64,000 nt of DNA, taken from assembly GCA_973895155.1 (NCBI GenBank), contig OZ316897.1, positions 2,433,416 to 2,497,415 on the forward strand, written 5' to 3'. Below, piece by piece: positions 35,101 through 45,599 of this stretch. Both the position numbers and the translations under genes were made by a program. Within the stretch, counting starts at the first letter, position 1. Every line of letters starts with the position of its first letter. The notes under the pieces are model-generated. The model searched no databases. It worked only from the letters and a program-made list of their open reading frames with translations, and was not told where the DNA came from. Origin of the DNA: Marsupella aquatica (taxonomy: Eukaryota > Plantae > Marchantiophyta).

Positions 35101-38100
35101 TAAGAGGGGCCCCTGCATCCGCCATTTCTTTCCCTTCGCCGAGTGTCCGAAGTGTATACACTTAATTCGGGCCCTTTTCTTTTCATTTTCGGCCGTTCTC
35201 GCTCATTCACCACGCGCGGGATGACAGCATAGGGCATTGGGGCCGGCCAGTCCTTCCGTTTTTGGGTCCACATAGGGGGCCCGAGGTATACACTTTAGGG
35301 GGCCCATTTTCCTCATATTCCTTTGCTGTCGCCGACGTCAGGTCGTCTGCATACGGCCCGGTATATACACACCGGACGGTCAATTCGGCATATACATAGG
35401 CAAACGCGAAGGGGGCTAAATTTGAGGTTTTAACGGTCCTTTTTCCCCGACGGTTTTTTTTTCGACGGTGACGGTTTTTCCTGGTGTTTACACATTTTGC
35501 ACATTTTCAGTATATCGGGTATTGCAACACAGTATGTCAGCAGACGAGCCAGGAGGTAGCAGCACATCGCCACCGACACCCAGGTACCATTTACGGAGTG
35601 ATCCACGATCATTGGTGCCAATTTCATTGGAGTCTCGTCAATTTCGACGACGTCCACAGACAGCAGCAGCACCCACACCACGCAATCCTTCTGCTCCATT
35701 TGGCGGTCGCTTCACCACTACTCCCAAGCCTGCTATCACTTCATTGCCATTTACCCTTTCTGCATCCGTGGTTGTTCCTGTTTCACCGACATACAGCATG
35801 GACGTCAGCCACTCATCTGGCCGCATTGAACGCTTCAGCGGGCGGCCAGGCATTGTTTCTTTGCGTGAGTTCAAATCCACTTTCTACACTGTCGTTTACG
35901 AATTGGAGTTGAAGTACGGCAGCAATTTCACAAATGCGTTTGCATTTAAGCAGCTAGCCAGGTATGTGCACCATGAGGCTTTAGATGTGTATGAGCAGCA
36001 CTCTCAATGGCTACTTGCTGTCACACAGTTGCCTAACCCTACCTATGCCAGTGCAATTGCGGCAGCTTCACAATTGGCCTTACAAAATGCCATTGCAGCC
36101 CATGCTGCTGCTCCTGCCACTTCCCCTCCTACTCCAGTTCCTACCACTGCGCCCGTTACTCCCACTGTCTTGGCACAGGCTACATCAGGCATTTCTCCCA
36201 CCATTGATTCCCCTGCCTTTGCTGATCCAGTGGCTGAGTTTTTCCAGGTTCTTGAATTGGAATTCCCAATCAAGAGTGCTGAAAAAATCATGCAGTTGGC
36301 CACCTTTGTGAGGCAGCGCGATGAAACCTTGAAGATGATGTATCGCCGGCTTCTCAAGCTGAAGGAGGACACCCAGAGCATCACTGACCTGGAAGCTGCT
36401 CATCGCTATCTTCGCGCATTGGAGGGCACACCAGCTCTCCATTCGCAAGTGTTGCAGCAAGTATTCTCAGAGTTTGGAGATAGCTACACCCTGCTCAATG
36501 TCTATGACACTGCTGAGAAACTTGAGTTGGCCCATGCACATTATGAGGCCAGTATTGCGCGTCCACCGCGATCCAGGTACCAGGCTGCTGCCCCTACACT
36601 GGCCACCCCTTCCCGTGTGCCACAATATGGTTCCAAGACCAAGCCAGCCCATGCTGCTTTCATGCTGCCATCTTGCAACTACTGTGGTAACCCCAATCAC
36701 AAGGCTAATGAGTGTGATATTGTTGTTGAGGACCTGTCTTGTGATTTTTGCGGGAAAGTGGGTCACTTGGAGGCAGTTTGTTTTGCCAAATTCCCAGAGC
36801 GGAAGCAGCTACGACAACAGGCCCCTCATCCTACTCCTGCTTCCACTCCCCCACCAGCTAGGAGGGCTCCTACTGCATCCACTGCTCCTCCTTCCAGTGG
36901 CAAAGCACCCGGTGCTAACAAATTGCCCAAGCAGCCACAGAAGCAACCAGCTCAGAAGGAGGCTCACAATGCACAGGCAACTCAACTCCAGTCTCTGACT
37001 CATGAGGTTGAGTCCTTACGTGCCCAACTTGCCAACATCAAAGGCAAGTCCACTGCCTCTGCTGGTCCTTCTCAACCGGCTGGTCACATGCAACCCATCC
37101 CTGGCCCAGGCACCGCTGACAGTTCAGCACCTCTACCCCGCTCTTTCTATGGCTTACCATTTGATGCTCATATGGGTGAGTGTGTGCTATCCTCTGCTCC
37201 ACAGCCTGGCCTTACAGCAGAATTTTCAGATTCATTCTGCCCTTCCTATTTTGCTTACCAGCAGGCCAGTGCTGCCTCCCGTATTGCTCCCACACGCCGC
37301 ATTGTACAGGCTGATGGTCTTGCTGCCGGTCCTCTGACTAGAGCCAGGGGCGCTCGGGCTGTCATGCCCCAATCTTTTCAGCCACTCACACTTGCTGAAG
37401 AGCGCACCTTGTTGGCAAGGGGGGAGGGAGCTGCAGCTACATCCATTCCACCACCAGGTGCTACTGACATTTCACAGGGAGTTGTTTCTCCTGAGCTGCT
37501 TGAGCATTTCACCTCCGGTATGGCACAAAGGATTCTTACAACTCCACTTTTCAGCTGCCATGATTTACAGCTGGATGCTAGAGCAGTCATCAGAGCGCTA
37601 GAGGGCTCACTGCATTCTTCGTCAGCCCCTGTGACACCGATTTTGGAGGTCCAATCTCATGTACATACTGGACCTTTTTCTTCTCCTTTACATGTTCCCA
37701 TTGGTTTGGCTGCCCCAATACCGATTGCTGCTGATTGTGTGACCAGAGCTACACTTGATTCTGGTCATGCTGCTCCATCTTTCCTGGCTATGTTGTTGAG
37801 TGGAAAGACCGTGGACAGTAACTCCCTTCACAAGGTACCTCATCATTTGCCAAGAGTGGTGCCTAGTGACAGGACTTCAGTTTCCACCACCATTGCCATT
37901 GTTGACAACAGGAATTCAGTGGTCAAGTTGGAGGGTCACACTCCTCAGGTGGTCATGCTAGACACAGGTGCTCAACCAGTGATATTGGGCATTCAATTTA
38001 CCAAGAAGATGGGACTGTTGACTGATCATTTACAGCAATCCAAGTGGCACATTCGGACTGCTAGTGGCACTGTGGAGGATGTGTTGGGTGAGAGTTCTAC

Positions 38101-38626
38101 TTTACTCACTCTCACTTTTAATGGAGGTACAGACCAGGAACTGCATTTCCCAGTCAGATGTTTGGTTACCAATGCCACTACGTATTATGTGCTCATTGGC
38201 CAGGAGGCTTTGTTCCCACCAGGTTTTACCATTGACAACTGGCATGAGCATGCATACTACAGAGTTGATTGGCATACTGATGGCTCACACTTGGGCTACA
38301 TTCCACTTGATTTGCATGGTGCCCATACACCTATGGCTCACCACTGTGTGTTGAAAGCAGTGCACACAGCTACCTATGTCAACCACCCATTGCAAGATTG
38401 GATTGAGGAGGATGACGATGAGGTGGCTGCTGCACATGCTGCTGCACGTATAGCAGCACTTTCCAGCAACGTGGATCATCAACCAGAGGTGGTACAACGG
38501 CTCCAAGCAGCCCATGGACCTTTGGTGGCTGCATTGCGCAAGTTTGAAGACCTTGGGCAGCACAATGGACAGCCAATAGCCCCAATCTTGAGCGCACCAG
38601 TTAAATGGACTCCTCCTTCAGATGGC

Positions 38627-39565
38627 CTTACATTGCTTGAGCTCTTTGGTGGCATTTCTATAGGCCTGGAAGCTCTCCTACAGTCTGGCATGGTGGTGAA
38701 GCAGTACATCTACGTGGACATTGATCCAAGTGCAAGGCAAGTGGCTGAATCCCGTCTGCTGGAATTTTCCGAGCGATTTCCCCAGCAGTTTCCACATAGT
38801 GCATGGAAGTCTGCATTTTCTTTCTTCCCTCCAGATATCTAGCTTGTCCAGCACCGGCACTTAACCCTTCTTGGCTCCCTTGATTTGATCATAGCTGGTT
38901 GGGAATGCCAAGGGTTTTCAGCTGCTGGTCACGGTGCTGGACTGCATGATTCTCGTTCTGGCCTTTTCACAGCATTGGTTCAGATTCTCACCTGGGCTCA
39001 ATTCCTTTATCCTGCTGTTGGTTATATCATTGAGAATACTCCATCTCAGTTTGACCAGCGTCCACAGGTCAAAGAGAATTTCAGTGTGGTCCAGCACTAC
39101 TTGGGACCACCCCTTCTCATTGATGCAGTGCATTGTGGTTCTTATGCACATCGTCTTCGTAACTTTTGGACTAACCTTGCACCACCTTCCTTGTTGGAGT
39201 TAGCTCTTCACCACACATCCAGGGACACTAACCTCACAGTGGACCAGATTTTGGATCCTGACAGTTCTTGCCAACCGGTTACACGGCAAGAGCCAGCACC
39301 TTGGTATCCAGCTAATACCATTGGACAGCTCCGTGCTGCTTGGCCTACTTTTGTGTCCTTTCCAGGTGCACATGCTTTTCAGGGTGATGGTCCTGGCCTG
39401 GTTTATCGACATTCTACCGGTACATGGGATGAACCTAGTCCTGAGGAGAGAGAACGGGCTATGGGCTTCCAACCCGGTACTACAGGTCACACCAAAATCA
39501 CCAGGCTGGCCAGGATTGCTTTACTTGGCAAGGTAATGGATCTTAATGCTCTCACTTGGCTTCTG
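38627..39565 (+). other. C5-cytosine DNA methyltransferase domain inside the polyprotein
   Basis: Motifs in canonical order: I LELFGGISIG, II YVDID, III DI, IV DLIIAGWECQGFS, V DSRSGLF, VI IIENT, VIII HRLRNFWTNL, IX PEERERAMGF, X LLGKVMD. Confidence 0.9.
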
Positions 39566-42500
39566 GTCACTTGCATCCTTTTTCAGATGTACATTCATCC
39601 AGCATCAGGAGTGCCAGCCCTACCACTCCATGGTGCTGCTACATGGCATCCAGACCAGGTGCACTTACCTCTGTCCAACACTCACCACTTCAGTTCAAGT
39701 GTTGGGGGGGAGGAGGTCCCTTGTAATGTGGCTGACATTATTTCTGAGTTTCATGGTGTGGATCAAACCAGAGCAACAGATACAGCAGGCCTTGGAGAGG
39801 CCTCATCACCTTATCAGCAGCATGCTAGTAGCTTGGACAGTGGAGAGGCTGGCACTTCTGGCTCTTCAAGCACGAGTACATCAGGTCCTATTCCTAGTGT
39901 TGCCAACTACACATTCATCATGGGCAACCACCTGAGTAAAAGACAGAAGGACCAGCTGCTGAATTTGCTCCTCAAGCATGAGAATGTGTTTGCTTTCTCT
40001 ATGAAGGACTTGGGTAAGTGCAAGACTATGCAGTTCTCCATTGAGTTGGCTGATGAAACACCTATCTTCAGGCGGAGACACCGTTTGAGTAAGCATGAGT
40101 GGCAGCTGGTGGATGAGAGATGCCAAGAGCTCTATGAAGCTGGTCTTATTCAGCCATCTACATCAGATTTTGCAGCAGCTACAATGATGCCAGCAAAGAA
40201 GGATTCCAGTGGATTGTGGACAGAGAAGCGCATGTGTGGGGACTACAGGCCACTGAACCTGGTCACACCCCAGGACAGGTATCCCATGCCACGGCCAGAG
40301 GAGCTATTTGACAGCATTGGAGACTCAGACATCTTCACTCTTGTGGATCTAAGGCAAGGCTTTAACCAGATTTTGCTGCTTGCAAAGGACCGCAAGAAAA
40401 CAGCTTTCCATGGTAGTAACCAACTATGGGAGTGGTTGGTGATGCCATTTGGCTTGAAGAATGCGCCCATATTCTTTCAAAGAGTCATGGATCAGGTTCT
40501 TCAAGGTGCTGAGTTTCTGAAATGCTACATTGATGATGTGTTGGTCCATAGCAAAGGATTTGACCAGCATCTACTTGACCTTGAGGAGCTATTCATGAGG
40601 CTTAAGAAGGTGAACCTAAAGATACACCCCAAGAAGTGTGAATTTGCTGTCAGATCAGTAGTATACCTTGGGCACCGCATTCTTCCAAATGGAACCATGG
40701 CTCACTGGGCCAAGGTGGTATCCATCTTGGAAATGCCCACCCCTACCGATGTTCACACTTTGAGGAGTTTTATTGGGTTGTGCAATTACTACCGGATCTA
40801 CATCAAAGATTTCAGTACCATTGCACACCCATTGTATGCTTTGTTGAAAAAGAATGTGACTTGGACATGGAGTACAGATGCTGAGGCAGCATTTGCCACT
40901 TTGAAGGAGAAGCTCTCAGAATACCCAGTGCTGAGAAGACCTGATTTCAGCAAGGTCTTTGTGCTACACATAGATTGGAGTGCCCTTGGGATTGGTGCCA
41001 TTCTGGGCCAGCATGATGAGGAAGGTAAAGAGTACGTCATTGCCTATGCATCCAGGAGCAACAATCAGGCAGAGAGTCATTATTCTTCTTATGAGGGTGA
41101 ATGCCTTGCTGTTGTGTGGGCTGTCATACATTATAGGCCCTACCTCTATGGGACCAGGTTTGTTCTCTACACCGACCACCAGCCCTTGAAGTGGTTGATG
41201 ACCAACGACAAGCTTACTGGCAAGCTTGCTCGTTGGGCGCTCATACTCCAGGAGTATGATTTTGAGGTAATTCATAGGCCTGGTGTGACACATCAGAATG
41301 CTGACACTATGTCCCGCAGCCCTTTGATTACCTCTGATGATTCCTCAGATGCACGGCAAGATTTTGACCAGGTTTCCATCCTGCCTACATTTCATGCATC
41401 GACCTATCTTGCTTTGCTGCCATGCTATGTTGTTGACCAACCTGTGGTGGACATATGGGAGGACAGCGACACTCTGAGATTTCTGCAGCATGGGGAGTAC
41501 CCCACACATGTTACTGCTGCCCAGAGAGACCGAATTCAACAAAGGTCCAAGCGCTACTTGTGGAAGGTAGATCATCTCGTGCGCTGCTTGCCAGACAGGG
41601 AAGTGGTGGTTCCACCCATTCATGAGAGGGTTGGCCTTATCCGTAAGGTATATTCTGAGCTTGATCATTTTGGCGTTAAGAGGACTTACAGCCTCTTGGT
41701 CCCTCATTATCATTGGAGAGGCATGCATGGCCAGGTTCGAGATGTTATTGCCCGGTGTGAACAGTGTGATAGGGTGAGGACTTCTTTCACATCTCGGCAA
41801 CCCACACTTCATCCACTCCCTATTCAGGGCATGTTTTATCGCTAGTCATGTGATTTGGCTGGAGAATTACCCCTCACATCTCGGGGTAATCTCTACATCA
41901 TGATCATGATAGAGCATTTCTCCAAGTGGATAGAACTTGTGGCATTGCCGGATAAGACCTCCCGTAGCACCAGCCAGGCATTCCTGCAACAAGTTCTCAG
42001 CCGCTTTGGAGCTTGTGCATAATGTCTCACTGACCAGGGCTCAGAGTTTAGAGGAGAGTTCCAGGAGCTGCTTGATCAGGCCCTCATTGATCATCGCCGG
42101 ACATCACGAGATCACCCACTGGCAGATGGCTTGGCAGAGCGCATGGTTCAGACATGCAAGAAGGGTCTCCGGAAGATCTGCCTCACCAAAAACAAGGAGG
42201 ATTGGGACCTGGCCTTACCCTACATTGCCATGGGGTATAGGATGTCCAGACATGCATCACTGTCTAACTTTTCTCCCTACTTCTTGTTGTTTGGTCGTCA
42301 CCCAGTTCCACCTTCTGCTATTGCTGCTCACATGCTTCAGTTGGTGGACTTGGATTCAGCTGTGACTTGGTCTGATGTGATCTCTGAGAGGGCTGCCCTA
42401 TTCAGGAGGGTTATGCCCATGGCCATGGAGAATTTGACCATTGCACAGCACAGGGACACACTACGTTATGCACACACACGAGGTGACACTTTTCAGCCCA

Positions 42501-42745
42501 AGGTCAGGAAGTTTGATGTGGGAGATTTTGTGTACTTGCAGCGGCAAGCTAACGACACCCTGGACACCTCTACCAATCGTACTATTCTTAGGGTTAAAGC
42601 TATTCGACCGTCTGGAGTGCTAGAGTTATAAGGGGCAGATGGGCGCACAATTGCTGACAATGCCAAGAACTGCGCCCCTTGTCATCTGCCTAACCTAGAT
42701 CCCACCATTGTGACTTCTACTTGGATTCCACCCGTGGACTACCCT

Positions 42746-42880
42746 TGCAAGGTGTGTTTGCGAATTGATGATGCTGACCAGATGCTGTTGTGTGACAATT
42801 GCAATGGAGGGTACCATCTTTTCTGCCTTTGGCCTGAACTTACCCAGGTGCCAGAAGGGTTATGGTTTTGCCCTTCTTGT
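42746..42880 (+). other. PHD zinc finger at the integrase C-terminus
   Basis: CKVC-x9-LCDNCNGGYHLFCLWPELTQVPEGLWFCPSC, a canonical C4HC3 pattern with the conserved W. Confidence 0.93.
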
Positions 42881-42930
42881 GCTCCACGTGCTACCTGAAT
42901 TTTCTTCAGCCCTCCTTTTGGCTATGGTCT

Positions 42931-42937
42931 GGGGGGG
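42931..42937 (+). promoter_or_regulatory. Putative polypurine tract (G7) abutting repeat B1
   Basis: GGGGGGG directly precedes the first base of B1; no purine tract precedes A2. Confidence 0.6.
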
Positions 42938-43113
42938 ATACAGAGGTTTACACCTCCACTACGTACATACCACTTCATTTGCTTTTTCTTGGCACTTGTG
43001 AATGTGATTGGACTTTTTCTATGCATGTTGGTTGCTAGCAGCTTGCACATATGCCTTGCCGGTGACTTGTATGTTTTTGATACACTATGGCTACGATACT
43101 ATATGTCATGACA
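42938..43113 (+). repeat. Direct repeat B1 (176 bp)
   Basis: Colinear with B2 (43476-43651); about 3 substitutions. Confidence 0.95.
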
Positions 43114-43122
43114 GCTGTCATG
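43107..43122. other. Perfect 16-bp palindrome at the B1/A2 junction (abutted element ends plus a GC spacer)
   Basis: CATGACA-GC-TGTCATG: right-end motif ...GACA, a 2-bp spacer, then left-end motif TGTC.... Confidence 0.92.
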
Positions 43123-43475
43123 CCGAGGGACAGTGCCTCTTATGCACATCGGCATGTCCCTCGCCTGCCCGCTAGGTATGTAGTTAGGGCTAGTGTACTA
43201 CCTGAGTTAGCGACATGTTCTTGTAGCAAGTCTGGGCCGTTCTTGAAGCAAATGTGCTTGTTAGTGTGACGCCAAGACTTTTCTTGCTTAGGGCATGTCT
43301 TTCTTTGTGGGTTTTTCAGTTCTTCTTGAATCGCTATTGACAGAGCTCAGACAATGCTCGTCGATTCCGTACACGGGATTCACACAGTGATTCGTTAGAT
43401 GCTCCCGGCCGATCTTGGCATCCTGCCGGTTTTCGATTCGATTTCAATACAATTGTTTCTCTCACGCCTTTTATT
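43116..43475 (+). repeat. Direct repeat A2 (360 bp)
   Basis: Copy of A1, joined without a spacer to B2 (CCTTTTATT|ATACAGAGG). Confidence 0.95.
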
Positions 43476-43651
43476 ATACAGAGGTTTACACCTCCACTAC
43501 GTATATACCACTTCATTTGCTTTTTCTTGGCACTTGTGAATGTGATTGGACTTTTTCTATGCATGTTGGTTGCTAGCAGCTTGCACATATGCCTTGCTGG
43601 TGACTTGTATGTTTTTGATACACTATGGCTACGATACTATATGTCACGACA
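43476..43651 (+). repeat. Direct repeat B2 (176 bp), right end of the element
   Basis: Copy of B1, ending ...CACGACA and followed by the TSD TGGT. Confidence 0.95.
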
Positions 43652-44616
43652 TGGTGTGGATTGCACTGCGAGGATTTCCATCATGGCCAGCTGGGCCTCG
43701 TGCTTCCTTCCAGCTACTTCATGGCGAAATTGAGAATTTTGACCCAGCATTTGTAGGCATGCAAGTCCTGGAGGTGGCAACACGGCCAGCCCTAATGTAT
43801 CCTAAGGCAGTCTTATTTGGGAGAGAGGAAGTGTCACCTGTGGAGCACATTGCTATGCCTGATCTACTTGTCATAAACATTGACGACTTTGGTGGAGACA
43901 CAGAGAGCACCGTCACAACTGTCTCTGCTGCTGCCGGGGAGGTGGATATAGCCGAGGTGTCTTTGGCGGGGTCTTTGGCAGAGTGTGCCCAGGGCAAAGG
44001 AGCTGCCACGCATTTGGGTCATCGCTAGGGGATTGCAAATGGATTATGTGTAGCTAGATTATCAGTATCAGTACCAGTTAGGATTTTTTGAGGTTAGCAT
44101 CGAACAAGGATTACCGGTGCTGTAAATGCGAGGAATAGAGGAGTAGGCAGAAACCATTTTCCATCCTGGCAATCGGGTGCCTCCAACTCCAATGTAATTT
44201 TGCTAACCTATGTTTGAACAGCATGATAAAAAAATTAGTCACTCGGTGTGACTAACACTTTTTTGTCTCAACTCTGTGAATACTGTGAACCGTTGCACAT
44301 GCTTCTTCCTGAATGTTGCAATCTTTTATTACAAAATTAAATGATAACACATCCTCAAAGTAGTATGACCAAGGTCTGCGACAGACAATGCTTGTACTAC
44401 CTTAAGAAGCGCATCTAAATGCTTCAAACAAACTGCCAAACACTGCTCTACAAAATAGAAGCACATTGCTTCTACAAAACTAAGGCAGCGGTACTTTTCC
44501 CGTATCGATGGCAGCGGTAGTTCTCCCTAATCAAGGATTACTAAGTGAGCCTCTACCGATTGTCCCCATGTGTTCACATGATCCAACTTTTCTTCAAGCT
44601 GGGCGCGTCACTGAGC

Positions 44617-45027
44617 CTAGTTAGAGTGCTGCCAGCGGTATCCATTATGCATCATGCCATCTCCCGAGCTGCCATCGCTGTTGTGCTGGCCCTCACGAGC
44701 TTCCTTCTGTCTCTCTCGCTCCTTCTCCCTCTCTTCTCTGAGTCTCCTGGCAGCAGCCCTCTGTCTCTTGAGCTTCAGACGGCGTGTCTGTTCTGTCATT
44801 GGCCTCCATAACTCAGACCATAACTTCTGATGCTTGGCTTCCCAATCTTGAGTTGGATCCTGGTTTAACGGAGTGTTCTCCGTTGGTTGCTGCAAGGCTA
44901 GAACGTCTGTTGGAGCGCGAGCAGGGTGAGATTCCTGACCGTCATAGACGATGATAGCCTTGGAGGAAGGCACAAGTGGAATTCCCCTGGAAGAAGAACG
45001 CGTGCCTTGACGTGTTTGAGGAGCCAT
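44617..45027 (-). CDS. Hypothetical 136-aa basic/coiled-coil protein inside the Harbinger element
   Basis: ATG in good context; minus-strand TATAAAGG ~130 bp upstream (45162-45155); charged helix RRLKLKRQRAAARRLREEREKERERQKE. No family recognised. Confidence 0.4.
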   Translation of the reverse strand: MAPQTRQGTRSSSRGIPLVPSSKAIIVYDGQESHPARAPTDVLALQQPTENTPLNQDPTQDWEAKHQKLWSELWRPMTEQTRRLKLKRQRAAARRLREEREKERERQKEAREGQHNSDGSSGDGMMHNGYRWQHSN

Positions 45028-45599
45028 GGAGAAAGCGCTTGTGTGACAGACAGAGAACTAAAAATGCACAGAAATGTCGAGGGCCAATTGCGAGTGGTGT
45101 GAGATTGCACCAAAGTATGAGCGAATGTTGAGAGTGTTCTGGTGGGCAGCCGACCCTTTATAAAATAAAACCTAAGTACATCGAAGGCAATAGTGTGAGG
45201 TGGGAATCCGTTACCCTCACAAGATTTGAGATTCCTGACCTCGCAGTCCCACCTGTGTAGCCATAATAATTAAACGTGTGGGAGTGTGACAATGTAAGAC
45301 AACCCTATCGCCTTGACAAGACCTGTCCCATTGTCAAGTCCTGTCAAGCACAGGTTCCATGAACATTCAATTGGTAGTCTTTGTAGTACGTGTGTCCTTG
45401 CATACAACCTTGGAATGGGTCTTAAGTTAAGGTACAAGCGAAAAATTCATGAGTATGAAAAACATTGGGAAACCCAGACACACATTTTATTTATGAAATA
45501 TGGCTTACATTTGCATACTACGGGCTTAGAGAATCTGGGACCGTATCGAACCCAGCTTGAGAGTGGATAATGCCCATCATATGCTTAAAGTGGGTTGGG

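Larger units (their letters stand above)
35534..42898 (+). pseudogene. Single-frame Gag-Pol polyprotein (~2450 codons): Gag, 2x CCHC, aspartic protease, C5-DNMT, RT, RNase H, integrase, PHD; four in-frame stops
   Basis: The ORFs starting at 35468, 38885, 42131 and 42710 share one frame, with stops at 38840, 41843, 42020 and 42629. Motifs: CNYCGNPNHKANEC and CDFCGKVGHLEAVC (36674-36782); LDTGA (~37961); YIDD (40526); RNase H HIDWS/EGEC/YTDH/NADTMSR; integrase CDLAG, TDQGSEF, GLAERMV. Confidence 0.93.
33695..43651 (+). mobile_element. Ty3/Gypsy-like retrotransposon with split direct repeats (A1-body-B1-GC-A2-B2), encoding a C5 DNA methyltransferase and a PHD finger
   Basis: Termini TGTCATG...CACGACA. 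4-bp TSD TGGT at 33691-33694 and 43652-43655. Domain order PR-RT-RH-IN is Gypsy-type. Confidence 0.93.

Noticed and set aside
38627-39565. Host DNMT gene interrupted by or adjacent to a TE
   Set aside because: It is intronless, in frame with both protease and RT, and internal to the repeat- and TSD-bounded element.
35484-43588. Many antisense and alternate-frame ORFs over the retroelement
   Set aside because: They are shadow ORFs of the polyprotein and repeats, with no recognisable motifs.
33695-43651. DIRS/PAT/Ngaro tyrosine-recombinase element, suggested by the split direct repeats and a methyltransferase
   Set aside because: It encodes an aspartic protease and a DDE integrase, has TG...CA ends and a 4-bp TSD, and I found no tyrosine recombinase ORF; the MTase is C5-type.
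43116-43651. A2+B2 as an ordinary 3' LTR with a damaged 5' LTR
   Set aside because: No PPT precedes A2. The primer site and G-tract abut A1 and B1 exactly, and the 'missing' B segment is present at full length upstream of A2.
43652-43670. TGGTG... after the final CA as a tRNA PBS
   Set aside because: TGGT is the target-site duplication (also at 33691-33694), and what follows is Harbinger-internal sequence.
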